Source of the DNA: Penicillus capitatus
Lineage: Eukaryota; Plantae; Chlorophyta
NCBI GenBank assembly: GCA_965649825.1
Contig: OZ287707.1
Location: 736,292-800,291, forward strand
Length of the DNA stretch: 64,000 nt
Direction: 5' to 3'
Positions 33,544 to 46,743 of the stretch are shown in pieces. The translations under genes and the position numbers were made by a program. Numbering within the stretch: position 1 is the stretch's first letter; every line of letters begins with the position of its first letter. The notes under the pieces are model-generated. The model was not told the DNA's origin, ran no database searches, and saw only the letters and a program-made list of their open reading frames with translations.

Positions 33544-34364
33544 ATGCCACGCAAACACGTCACCATCGCTTCGACAGACGGCGTCCAACTGCAGGCCGTT
33601 GCTCTTCTGCACGATGAAGCACCGCAGCCTGATGCATTTCTCTTCGTCCATCAATACAGGTCTCGTCACTCCTATCGCACCCTCCGCTGTGTGGTGCCAA
33701 CGATCTCTCTCCAAGTCTGTTGGGTGGAAACATGATGCTGATGATGGGAATGGCTCAGAGATTGCATGAGCATGGTTACAACTGTGTCGCGTTTAATTTT
33801 CGTGGCGTGGGTCGATCGACTGGAAGAGCAACACTGACGGGTATAGCATCTCCCTCGGACCCGTATGGAATCGTCATGTTAAAGGCAGAGCAGAGATTGA
33901 CGATGTCCTGAGCGTATGCGATTGGATGCACGAAGAGCTGAAGCAGAACATCGTTGTGGTGGGAAGCTCAGCCGGGGCGCCCATTGCAGGAAGTGCTGTT
34001 CCGGGGCGTCCCTTCATTCATCGTTTCATTGCCATTGGTTACACTTTCGGTCGTCTCTGCTCTCTTCTCTTTGGATCACACTTCCAAGGTCACACTTTCT
34101 CATGGTGTCGTCCCTTCGTGATCTGCACGTTTTGCTGGAATAGCGATTCTGTCCTGTCCCAAACCGAAGCTCTTCATCATGGGACGGCTCGACGGTTTTA
34201 CATCTCCGCGTCAGTTAAACAACCGTCTGTGTTCGGCCCGAGGTGACCACAATCGCATGGAGCTCGTCGATGATGTCGGGCATTTCGCTCTGGAGGGCTC
34301 AGTACATGATGAACACATCTCGCAATTGATTCACAGCTTCATTCTTGCGCACGCGGACCATTAA
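33544..34364 (+). CDS. Small alpha/beta hydrolase (At5g19630-like)
   Basis: FVHQY, FNFRGVGRSTG, VVGSSAGAPIAG, PKLFIMGRLDGFT, VGHFALEG. Confidence 0.85.
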
Positions 34365-34873
34365 CGACAGAGTTCGGTTCTCTCGCTGCTCTGTCTATTG
34401 CTCGCGCTCATTTCGTCCTTGTGGTCTTTGTTAGAAAGTGCGACGCATTGACGAAAAGCAAACGGCGTCGCCTGAGCCGCTGCTCCCCAGTCGCACGCTT
34501 CGGAAACGAACGACGAAGTCGCGATGGAAAGCGGAAAGGTAGGAAGAGAGTCCACAACAGAATTGGTGCTGCGTCATATGGTCACGGCTAAGAACGCACG
34601 TCGGGTTCCTTTCGGTGGATGACTGGCTGAAGGGCTTGCATTCAAAGACTGCCTCGTCAAGCCCTTAGTACAGCATCGTTGTGGCGTTTCACTCGACGGC
34701 GTTCGAGACCGATATCGTGGGGTCGAGAATTAGACTCAGTGAGATCTTGATGCTTGGGGGCAAAGATAGACGGGATCCGCAAACATGAATGACATGACAG
34801 ACAGCGCCACTTGGCTCAATCCGACGACTACAACCTCTTGCGATTGACCTATTGTGTGCTTGCCTAGAAAATC

Positions 34874-37497
34874 ATGATCGCTCCGTTCAAGCATCTTCCG
34901 AATATGAGTAAAGATTATGCAGACAGCGAATGGCAGGTGCTGGAGGATGCCATCCACAAAATCCACAGCCGCAACTCCAGTCGCCTGAGTTTTGAAGAAC
35001 TCTACAGGTGTGTGAAGATGGGGCTCACGAGGCCAACCAGCACTAGATGTCGTATCTGGATGCAGGAAAGCGTACAATATGGTGCTGCATCGCTTTGGAG
35101 AGAGATTGTATAATGGATTGACACAGACGTTGCGTTCCCATCTCGAACATGTGGCTGCTGCTATCGAGGTCAGTTGCGGTGAACTGTTTCTGAGAGAGAT
35201 GGAGAAGAGATGGGAAGAGCATCTCAAGTCAACCCAGATGATTCGCGATATTCTCATGGTGAAAACATCTCCTCTTACTCGATTCGATACATGGGTTATG
35301 GTTGGATGCATGTGTGCGCTCTCAGTATATGGATCGAACATATGTGCATCAGCACAAGAAAGTTCCAGTTTTCCAATTGGGGCTGGATTTGTGGTATGAA
35401 GTGGTGGTGCGTCGTCCTGTCATTTCAGAAAGGCTTCGCGACATCATTCTGGATATGATTCACCGAGAACGGATCGGCGAGCTGATTGAGAAGTCCTTGA
35501 TTCGTTCCATGACCAAGGTGTGAAGTGACCATGCCATTCGGCGGCGTAGAGCAGTGGAGCATGCGTGCTGCGTTTGTAGATGTTCATGGACTTGGGACAC
35601 GAAGTCTATCGCCGTGAATTTGAACTCCAATTCCTCGAAGTATCTGCCGATTTCTACAAGGTGTCTCTTGCAGGACAAAGTCATGCATCGTTGAGCCAAG
35701 TGTCTGGCTTCTGCAGAAAGAAGCGAGTGCATATCTGAGAGCAAACGACTGCCCAGAGTACTTGCGACGTGCAGATCGTCGTTTTCAGGAAGAGGAGAAA
35801 CGGGTGAGCAACTATTTGGATGAATCATCCAAAGAAAACATCATCAAAGTGCTCCAATCTGAACTGATCGCGAGTCAAGTACATCAACGGTCACTCCTGG
35901 TCACTCTTTGAAGGAGCCCATCCAGATGGTGACGTTGGTGGAGATGGAGAATACTGGAGAAGTGGCGCTGCTGCAGGACAATATGTTTGAAGACCTCTCT
36001 CGAATGTACAGTCTCTTTTCGAAAGTGGATGGAGGATTGGAGCTTGTCAAGAAGACGATGGCAGACCATGTCAAAGCCTGTGGAAAACAGCTCGTGCAAG
36101 ATCCTGAACGCGTTAAGGATCCCGTCGGATACGTCCTTGGTCTGTTGGAACTGCGAGAAAAATACGAAGAAATCATCAAGCGTGCATTCATGGACGACAA
36201 AAACTTCAGACATGCACTGAACACGGCATTCGAGCATTTCATTAATCAGAATCCCAGATCACCTGAGTATGTCTCTCTGTTCATCGACGACAAACTCCGA
36301 AGGGGACAGAAGGTGTCATGCTGGGTTTTGGGAGTATGGAGATGGAATAGGTGTTCTTGTGGCTGTAGGAATACACAGACAAGATGTTTGATGATTTGTT
36401 GGACAAGGTGATGACGATTTTCCGATTCCTTCAGGAAAAGGATGTTTTCGAAAAGTACTACAAGCAGCATCTGGCAAAGCGCCTGTTATCTGGACGATCG
36501 TTTTCGGATCAAGCCGAAGGGAATCTCTTGGTGAAACTGAAGACGGAGTGTGGCTATCAGTTCACGAGCAAACTGGAAAGCATGTTTAACGATATCAAGA
36601 TGAGTGAAGAGATCCAGAAAGATTTCAGAGATCGTATGAATGAGTCGGCGACGGATATGGGCATCGACTTTACGGTTAAGGTTCTGACGACAGGATCATG
36701 GCCAGCACAGTCTGCGGCTCAGTGCCATCTGCCAGAAGAGCTGCAGACAGCGTGTGCAGAATTTGAGAAGTTCTATCTTCAAACGCGGACTGGGAGGAAA
36801 CTGACGTGGCAGTCCAATATGGGCACGGTGGAGATCTCAACTTCATTCCCAGAGTGGCTTCCATCTCGGCAACTGCTGTGATGTGACTTGTGCACCGTAG
36901 GAAACATCTATTGGTCGTTTCCACCTATCAAGCATGCATTCTGAATCTCTTCAACGATGCAGACGGCGTGTCTTTTTCGGACATGGTATCGGCAACGGGC
37001 ATTCCTGTTCAAGACCTAAAGCGTCAACTGATTCCTCTGTTTGGAGCCAAAGGGAAGCAGATTCTTGTCAAGATACCTGCCACCAAAGACATCACAGATC
37101 AATGCATCTTTTCTGTCAATGAGAGATTCACGAGCAAACTCTACAGAGTGAAGATTGCCAATGCAGGAGCGATGAAAGAATCGGAGCCTGAGAAGCAAGA
37201 TACCCGCGCCAAGGTGGAGGAAGATCGCAAACCGCAGATCGAAGCGGCGATCGTGCGCATCATGAAAGCGCGCCGTCTACTGGATCATCACAGTATCATC
37301 ACAGAAGTCACCCGACAGCTTTCGACAAGATTCAATCCCAACCCCGTTGTCATAAAGAAACGCATCGAGAGTTTGATCGAACGGGAGTTTATTGAAAGGG
37401 ATCAGAACGATCGAAAACTATACAGGTGATGACAAGGCTGCCTCATAAACGCAGCGGATGCAGTGGAGAGTGTGTTTGTTCTAGGTACTTAGCGTAA
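34874..37497 (+). CDS. CUL3: Cullin-3
   Basis: LSFEELYR|KAYNMVLHRFGERLY, MIRDILM|YMDRTYV, KDVFEKYYKQHLAKRLL, KLKTECGYQFTSKLESMFND, VLTTGSWP, neddylation motif IEAAIVRIMKARR, KKRIESLIEREFIERD, last exon YLA*. Confidence 0.96.
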
Positions 37498-38596
37498 TCG
37501 GGTAGGCCAGTCATCTTCTGTCGCTGAGAAATTTAAGATGATGTTCGCCTGTTCTGTACACGACAGATCTCATGTTGTGACGTTCACTCACGAATTAATG
37601 CTGTTTGTGCACTCCTCTGTGCCAGGCATAATAAACAGAAGAGGTTACAGAGTGCATGAGATTTGATTTCCAAAAATGTTAAAGACACAACTTCTGCCCT
37701 CTGGTCTGCTTGTTGTCGCCGTGTATGCAGTAGAGCGGCATGGTGAACGGCATTCCTACCATCTACTCATCTATCAGGGTACTCTGAACAGGTCACTTTC
37801 ACAGGGATCTCTGAAGACACTTGGATGAACATTTGTAATACTCTGTGTGTTGAGCAACAATATCCACCATTGTCTATTATCGATAGCAGAAACGACGTGT
37901 CCATGCTTAAGTCGGACGATCTGTGCTTCTTAAGTGGATCTGCCGCACATTTTACAAAGCTTGCTCTATATGTCGAAGGAAACATAAAAGAGTGAAGCTT
38001 GATACGCAGTCAAGCTGAGTCGCTTTGTGAGAATCAAACCAGCAGCTACGGTTAGTAAGGCGGCAACACAGGTTAACAAACCAGGCGTAACACAGTCGAT
38101 GATCTTTAGAGACGTAGAAGTTGTTGTTCCAAATCGCTGTTTCTGCCGTCCTTCACGAGCAACAAGCTTAGTGCTTTAGATGCCGTCTGTTCTAGGAACT
38201 CGATGTATGAAAGATCGTGTTCTCTTCGACAGCGGATTCTTTGTTGTCTACCCACATGTTTTGCAAAGGAATGTTTCTGAAACATACTGTATAACCCCTT
38301 CCGTTCACATCGCATACCTGAAAACCGTTGCGTTGATACGAATATGTACTGGGCCTTACAAGGGGGATTAAGAGAGAACGCCCACCCTTGTGCCAGACAA
38401 ACATGAAGTAGTTGTGCAGGAAATATGAAAGGCTCTTCGAGTGAACATACGAGTCGGACGCTGGTTTCCAGCTATCAAACAAGAAGAGATAAAGAAACGC
38501 TCTTCAAAGCATGCTAGCAGGACTTGATGCGCATGTTCACAGGAATAAAATACAGAAGGGAACGCATCTGTTTCAAATGGAAAACAGTTTGCGTGC

Positions 38597-38618
38597 TGGT
38601 TGGTTGGTTGGTTGGTTG
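38597..38618. repeat. (TGGT)n microsatellite, ~5.5 units
   Basis: TGGTTGGTTGGTTGGTTGGTTG. Confidence 0.9.
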
Positions 38619-38908
38619 TCTGATGCATGTTTCCTAGAAAGGTCGCCGATTTGGGTCCATTCGGACGAATGCCTTTACCTCCACTCGCTAATTCTAACGG
38701 CATGCCGGCGTGTTGACCATAGAGTGTATCTCGCAATGACACGCTCAAGCGAAACAGCCAAACTGACACAGCAAACACACAGGCCGAATCATCTGTTGGA
38801 CGAAACTCAGAAGATCGGAAGTGAAAAGCAGCGACATTTGTCATACAACGAAAAAGGGGCACCAGCCAAACGGCGGACACATAGTATCATTCCACCACAA
38901 AGATGCTG

Positions 38909-41900
38909 TTACGCAGATCGTATCAACTCCAAGATTCCTGGGTACTCATCTTCGAAGCAGCTCTCGACATGCGATACAAGTGAATGGGCCTCGTCTCTTT
39001 TGTATGCGCCCAAAGATTCTGACGTCTTTGCGTGGAGGACGATGTTCACTTCGTCGTTGTGTATAGTTTCTTCTATTGTGACAGGAAATTCGAACAGAAG
39101 CTCGACAAGGTGTCGTGTGCTTTCGGGATATTCCCCTGTGATGACTTTCGAAATCAGGTCTCGAAATGTATCGCGTATGATGTCATCGTCTTCCGTTTTC
39201 GCGTCCATATCGCCGTTGTCGTTTGCCTCTCCAAAGGCACCGCTAGAAGAGGACGGTCCTGCGATCGAGGCGTGACGGTTGATATCTTCTTCCGTTCGGT
39301 AGGCACCTCGGCGAGTATCTTGCCAAACATCATTGGATGCCAAGTAACCGTCCGGTATTTGACGTGCTGCCGTTTGAACGGTCTCCTTGGCGTCCTTCGC
39401 CGCTCGGCCGACATCTTCGCTCTCGTCTTCCGTTCCTCTTTCGAGCATCGGCATCAGAAAGGCGGCGCAACTAGGCTCTGCCTCCACGATCTTCCCGACG
39501 ACCTCCATCGCTTTCTCTCGCACATCTTCATGTACATTTCCGCATGCCAATTCGATCAAAGGCATGACATCACTTAGGAGCGACGGGTTCGCCATCAAGA
39601 CGCGGCCGATCATGAGTGTTGCTACGACTCGCACGCCTTCTTCCGGATCTGAGATACCGCGTTCCAATAACGGCAGAAATTCATTCAAGAGCTTAGGCGA
39701 CCGGGACAAAAATGCCTCAGACGACAGCATTGCCATGATTCTCACTCCCTGATCCGCATCCACACATCCTCTCTTGAGAATGGACATGAGTTTCACTGCA
39801 TAACGGGGCGCCTTCTTGGCGATATTTCCAACGACCATGATGATTCTCTGCCTAACATCTTCGTCTAGATCCGTGTATCTGACGTCAAGCATAGAAAAGA
39901 GCTCGGCAGAGAGCTTTGGAACGTGTGTCATAAGATCTTGTATCATGTCTAAGGCTTGTTTGCGGATGCGAGGGCTTCGATCTGACAATTTGGCACGTGC
40001 CATTCCTACCAAGGTAGTCAAGTGACGTGGCGCGTGTTTTGCAAGTTTTACAACATCTTCAAATATATGCGTGCCGATGAGATCTTCAGTTCTTTGGGTC
40101 TCTGTGAACGTGTCAAGAACCGTAGAGAATCCGGATATCAGATCGCGATATTGATCGAGCTTGTCCATGACGAGGTTCCAAAGTCGAGTGCTCGGTTCCA
40201 ATTGCATAAGCACATGCACCAATGCATCCATCACTTGCGAAGCCGTCCCACCAATCCAATCATCATCGACAGACGAATCCACCAATCCAGCTGCCCACTC
40301 GTCAAGAATTTGAAGCTTCAAGAAAAAGTGTTGCACGCCGAGGATCTCGACCGGCGATCGATCGATCGACGAGAACACTTCGCGAACGACAACTGTACCG
40401 CGCCAGTCTGCAAGGGCCTGTGCCGTGAGAGCAACGATCATCCGGCTCTTTCTCTCATATTTTCTCTTTGTTAAGAAATCCGCCGATTCCTGTCGCTCTC
40501 TCGAAGTTCCTTTTCTCAATCGATATGCGATATATCTTCCAGCAAAGTACTCTTGGAACGTCCTATTAGGAAAATAGTACTTGTCTTTTTCCATATCAAA
40601 AAACACGTATCCGCTGTCCCTTAGCATTCCCATGACCACCCCAGTTGATGCTTGCTCTTCGAAAAGGCTTCGATCGATCAGCCTCTGGTCCTTTTGGACG
40701 GCACGGAAGGCGATGACATCTATGCGTCGCAAAACATCTTCGCGCAAAACTCTATCCATGCGTGGCCGTCTTGAAAATCGAGACCACAGCATGTTAACAA
40801 TCTTCGTGTACAGTGAGAAGACGCTCTTTCTTCGCTTTTCGTGCACGAGTGTCTCTTCATTGTCTGCCCAGAAGAGAGATAGAATATAGGCCATCACTGG
40901 GATATGCATGAGCGTCCACAACTCGGGATTCGATTTGAAGTACTTCATGAATTCGTTGAAGGAGCTGGTCGAGAGCTCACTGCTGGCAAATGTCTTCACC
41001 TGTTCATCATCCATACCCAGACACTCGACCACACGATCGGCAAAAAGCAGTTCCCCACGAAGACCGTAAGAGGCACTGAACAAGAGTATCTTGCACCGGC
41101 ATTCTTTGGCATGCGTTATGATTCCGCTGGCGAGTTCGTCAGCTTTGTCGATGCCATCGAGCACCAACAATGTCCGTTGTGAATTGAGGTTGTCGTGTAT
41201 TTGCGTGCGGAGCGATTGACTGATAGGGTCCCTGCGGTCTGAGTAACAGATATCTGCTATGGCTTCTTCCAGCGTCAACGAACCCCTTCCGCCTTCGTCC
41301 ACACTGCACAGCTTTCTCACGGGAAGAACGTACATGGTCTTGAATTCTCTCATAAACCCGCCCTGTGTCCAATTGTATGCCAACATTCGACTCAAGCACG
41401 TCTTTCCGGAGCCAGAATTTCCGTAGATGAGCACTTTCCTTATCACGGCAGCTCTCGGTCCCGATTCGCATGCCTCTCTCAGTCTAAAAAGGTACTCCGG
41501 GTTTATGCGTTTTCTTGTATCGTGAGCCCAAGTGAACTGGGCATTTACTGGATCGTATCCAGATCCTGCTTCCATACTCCACTCGACCAATTTTTCATTA
41601 TCGGGATTGTCATAGGCAACAATAGAGAACTCCATATCCTTCACATGCCTGCACGCACCGTTGTTGACAAGAGACGGCGCCTTTAATGACCAATGCATCA
41701 GCGAATGGATATGACAAGGAGGATCGATGATACCTTGGTAAAGTCATACTGATTGTAGGCTTTGACGAGATCCCGCAAACCGCGATAAACTTCCTCAAGG
41801 GGAATGTACCCTATCATCTCTCCAAGCGTGATTGAGAGTTCCTTGTTCCAATAACTTCGTGGTCTGCTCTCGCGTTGGATTTTGAGTTTCTCTTCAAACG

Positions 41901-43275
41901 TGCCAAATCGCAGCCATCTATCCAGAGTCTTGTCGGACGCCGCAGTGCGGTTGCCATGCAGATGACGAAGTGCTGCTTCCGTCTCTTCTCTTAGCACGCA
42001 GCGCACATGGACTCGGTAGATGGATTTGAACAAGAGGTCAAAGAGATCTTCATCTTCCGCCCATGATTCATCGGTCGCACGTGTCACACATAGATCCGTT
42101 AGCATTTTTGCCGCTCTCTTTCGGACATCCGTGGCATGTGCCCCAATGGATAACTGCCGGAGTTCATAAATGATACCGAATCTCAGTGCCTTTTGCTCTT
42201 CCTCTCCCTTCAGGTCGTGCTGAATCTCGATTATGGCGTTACACCAATCGGTGAAACTCTCCATATCCTCAGCTCTTTGCAGTGCCTTCATTCCGGCGTC
42301 GGCCAGTTTCTGAATCAGATAGAGCCAGTGTTCTTCTTGGATGCCAGCAGTGCTTCCCGCTTTTATTTTTTCGACTGCATTCTTCGGTGTCAGTTCACGG
42401 AGGTCCATGGAGGACATCGATGGCATCAGCTTCTGAATCATCTGGTGCATTCCAAACGCCTCTGCGATGCTTTGTCGTAACGATCGCCTGCGAAGAGAGG
42501 AATCATCCGTCGCTGTCAGACGTTCAATGCTCTTTTCGATAATCATGAAATGAAAATGCACAGGGTAGTACTTAAACGAGCTCCCCAGTTCTCGACGTTT
42601 TTCTACGACCAGCTGACGGAATTCCTGTTTCTTAACGCGAGACAATCGAGGCTGCGAGAACGTTTCTAGATATCCGAGAATAAACCTCAGAGAAAAGAAA
42701 GTCGATTTATGATCTTTGAAACTGGATCTGTTGAGAATTGGCCTTCGCGCCAGACTTGAGAGAAGCTTTTCGGTTAAAGACAGCAATTGGGTCGTATCTT
42801 CGAACACAACGGGAGGCATATTCAAAAGGGTCTCGTACAGAGCCTTCCCTGTATTTGTCTCTACAAACTGGTCGGGCTTGAAACGGCTACTGATGTTGAC
42901 CAGCAAGGTTCTAAGCAGCTCTTCGTCTTCTCGTGTCTTCGGGACAATTCTTGAAATTTCAGCGTAGTCAAGGACAGCTTCCGGATGGAGGGATTTTTCA
43001 GTTTTCTCGCCGTAGAGACGCAGCCACTTGTACAAGGCGGTTCTCTGGTGCTCGGAACTTTCTCGGTTGTACACAGCAACCAGTGACGACGTTTTTCTGA
43101 TGTTGTTGTCAATAGACAGCTCACGCAGCAATCGACGCTCATCAGTTTCGCGGAGCGAAGAAACAACCCTGTCCTCGGGAGGCTTCGAAACGACCATGCC
43201 GCCAGGAGGCTTCGAAAAGGGAGATGGTCCTTGAGGGCGAGGCCGTTCGCTTTGGTCAACGATTTCGGATGCCAT
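38909..43275 (-). CDS. STAND/NACHT NTPase with large helical N-terminal domain and C-terminal HEAT repeats (NLR-like), ~1437 aa, 2 exons
   Basis: The 525-aa and 929-aa ORFs join in frame across a 53-nt GT-AG intron (41681-41733). Walker A GNSGSGKT, Walker B LLVLDGID, HIPVM, WHD-like TFQEYFAG, and about 6 HEAT-like repeats (D..EDVR..A). Confidence 0.88.
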
Positions 43276-43708
43276 GGTCGCGTCTGTCTCCTAAAAGAAG
43301 ACGACAACAAAACGACTGAGGCGTTTAGAAAAATTGTGGTAGCAATTGGTTCATTCGACAACACCAAAACAGTGACCGTCGTGTCGCATGACACGTCAAT
43401 TCTATTCACGCGGTACGTGCTGTTATTCTAATGGTTCTAATGCATGGCACAAAAGGCATGGGTACTGCATGGAGTACCAGTCAGCATACCAATTACAATC
43501 AACTCAACATCATCGACAATTGTGTGGACCGCCGCCGGTTGGAAGCCAGCCTCAAATGATGGAACTTTGCTTTATGGGTCTAATGACACGATTATATCCA
43601 TTCCTTGTGGAAGTCTCCGTGACTAGGAGGTATTCAGTGGACAAGAGCACAGAGGGTGATGATTAAAACACGTCCACAAAGTCACTGTTCCTTTTCCGCA
43701 TTCGAGAT

Positions 43709-44371
43709 CTACTTCAGTTTCAGAATCTGCGACAGTTCTCCGTTCTCGTGCATCTGTCTCAGAATATCACATCCGCCAACAAATTCCCCATCCACGAAAA
43801 CCTGCAAAGTCGAAAAGGTTATCAACGATCGGCGTCCTGTAGATGGAAACGGAGTGACCTGTGGAATCGTTGGCCAGTTCGAGAATTTCTTGATGCTTTC
43901 GCGCAGATCGGGATCGTCCAACACATTTCGACTCCCATACTTTGCCCCTGTCACATCACAACAACCTTACAGCAGTCGCACGTCAGTGATCCGAGCACCG
44001 TATGCTTCCAGGATACGACAAGCGACGTTGCTAAAGCCGCACATAGGTGCCTCAGGAACTCCCTATATGCATCACCCATTCGTCCATAAGTCTATCCATG
44101 ACATAACCTTCATATAAACGAAGATCTTGTTCGTGGAGATGTCGTTTTTGATAGTCTCAAAGACATCTGGTGCTGTTTCTGGGTCTCTTGTTTGAGGCTT
44201 AAAGTCGTCGTGGGTGCCTTCACTGCCAACAGTCTCCGAGAGCATGCGGGGCCACTGCCATCCCTGCTCTGCAAACGCATTCACAAAATAGAGCAACGTT
44301 CTCGTACTGGAGAAATGTGTGGCGGCGGCAATCCGTCCTCCCAGGAACGCACTTCTGGCGATAGACAACAT
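43709..44371 (-). CDS. GRXS15: Monothiol CGFS glutaredoxin, mitochondrial Grx5/GRXS15 type
   Basis: Presequence-like start, [14 protein letters not shown]|[18 protein letters not shown]|[13 protein letters not shown]. Confidence 0.95.
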
Positions 44372-44406
44372 CGATGAAAGGTTTAATGACTTCGTGGAGG
44401 GCGAAG

Positions 44407-46613
44407 ATGACGATTGCAGAAAGCAGCAGCGCAGCTCGTCCATGGATCCATACACGACATACTACACCGGCGTGTTCCCAGCTGCGACGTCAGAAGGAAG
44501 TCGCGACGAGGGGACCAGTGCGACGCTGGGGACCTCGGGGCCCAAGGCAGGATCCTCGGCGTCCGTGTATCATCTTTCAAGCTGTTTCGGATACCGGCAG
44601 TCGAGAAACGGCACAGGAAGTCGTCTTCGGTGACGGCAAAGTGATCAAAGTACAACAGGATTGCTTGCTGTCCTGCTTTGCTGCAAGACGTGAGTGAGAT
44701 CAGGTCCCTCCATCAAGGATTCGAAATTTCTCCATCATTGCCCACATCGACCATGGCAAATCGACATTGGCAGATCAGCTGTTACTCAAAACGCAGACCG
44801 TCAGCGATCGCGAGATGCAAGCTCAGTTTATGGATATGAATGCGATTGAGCGAGAGCGAGGCATTACGATAAAATTGAACACAGCCCGAATGAAATATAA
44901 AGCACAAGATGGCCACCTCTATGCCCTGAACCTGATTGATACGCCAGGTCATGTGGATTTTGGCTACGAGGTCTCGCGTTCCTTGGCGGCATGTGAAGGA
45001 GCTCTCCTCGTTGTCGATGCTGCTCAAGGCGTCGAAGCACAGACTCTGGCAAATGTCTATCTGGCATTAGAGAATAACTTGGAGATCGTCGTTGTCCTCA
45101 ACAAGATCGATTTGCCAGGCGCAGCACCGGCACGAGTGAAACAAGAGATTGAAGATGTGATTGGATTGGATGCCTCGGATGCTCTGTTGGTTTCGGCAAA
45201 GAACGGAATTGGCATTGATGAGCTACTGGAAGCCATCGTTCGCAAAATCCCTCCACCCCAGGTCTGCAAGGACCCCTATGCACTGAGTGCATGTCTGTCT
45301 GCAGGCATTGATAGATGATCCTCTAAGAGCACTGATTTTTGACAGCTACTATGATGATTACAGAGGAGTGATCTGTCAGTTTCGTGTGACGGACGGCGAG
45401 ATTCGTTGCGGCGATCGCATTCGATTGATGAACACCGAAAAGGAATTTGAAGTGGATGAGCTCGGCGTACTGGCTCCACATCGTGTCCAGGTCGATTGCC
45501 TTTTCTCTGGCGAAGTTGGCTACCTAGCAGCTTCCATCAAACAAGTCTCCGATGCCCGTGTGGGTGATACCATTACCATGCAGAAGACACCGGCCAACGA
45601 GCCCCTTCCCGGATATGCCGAAGCGCGGCCCATGGTGTATTGTGGACTCTTCCCAACCTCGGCAGATCAATACCAAATGCTGAGGACGTCACTCGATAAA
45701 CTGCAGCTCAACGATGCAGCTCTTGTCTTCGAACCTGAGAATTCTGTGGCCATGGGATCCGGTTTCAGATGTGGTTTTCTGGGTTTGCTGCACATGGAAA
45801 TTGTCCAGGAACGCTTAGAACGCGAATACGATTTGGATCTGATCATTACGGCACCCACTGTTGTGTACAAGTGCACGACATTGGATCATCAGGAAATCAT
45901 TGTTTCGAATCCCAATGACCTGCCCGAGCCACAAAAGAGGAAATCGCTGTTTGAGCCTTTCTGCAGAGTGGAAATCATTACACCCAAAGACTATGTCGGG
46001 CCAGTCATGGATCTCTGCCAAAGCAGAAGAGGAGAATACGTATCCATGCAGTATCTGAACGAACAGAGAACATCGCTGGTGTACTTCATTCCTCTGGCAG
46101 AAGTGGTCACAGATTTCTTTGACGCACTGAAGTCCAGAAGCAAAGGATATGCATCCATGGAGTATACACTGGGCGATTACCGAGAGAGCGATCTGGTCAA
46201 GTTGGAGATTCGGATTAACAACGAAGCGGCAGATCCGCTGGCCACGATTGTCCACAGAGACAATGCCTATGTCGTCGGCAAAGAACTGGCAATCAAACTG
46301 AAGGAGCTCATTCCCAAGCAACAATTCCGAGTTCCTATTCAGGTAAACCATGGCCATAGCTCCCTGGAGGTGTGCATTGGCTGGATGGTAGGCAGCGATC
46401 GGGTCACGGGTCATTGCGTCGGCGGTCATTCCTGCTTTGAGGAAAGATGTATTGGCCAAATGCTACGGAGGCGATATTACCCGCAAAAAGAAGCTACTGA
46501 AGAAACAGGCCGCAGGGAAGAAACGCATGAAATCTATTGGAAAGGTGGCGATTCCGCAAGAAGCCTTTATGGCTGTACTGCAGGTTGGAAAGCCAAAGGA
46601 GAAGGAGGAGTGA
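44407..46613 (+). CDS. lepA: Translation factor LepA/GUF1 (EF-4), plastid type
   Basis: [82 protein letters not shown]. In-frame ATGs at 44374, 44386 and 44407. Confidence 0.96.
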
Positions 46614-46743
46614 GCAATGTCTTCCATCGTGTTCTTGACAAGATAAAAACGTGTTCTATGCATATCGAGAACAATGTGCAAACAGACAGCCAAATGGCCT
46701 CATATCGATGAACGTTTGATGATTTTCTTCGCAAAATGATAGG

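Noticed and set aside
43388-43666. Short ORFs upstream of the NACHT gene (e.g. GVPVSIPITINSTSSTIVWT)
   Set aside because: Too short, with no recognisable domain or splice support. They could be a gene fragment but this cannot be supported.
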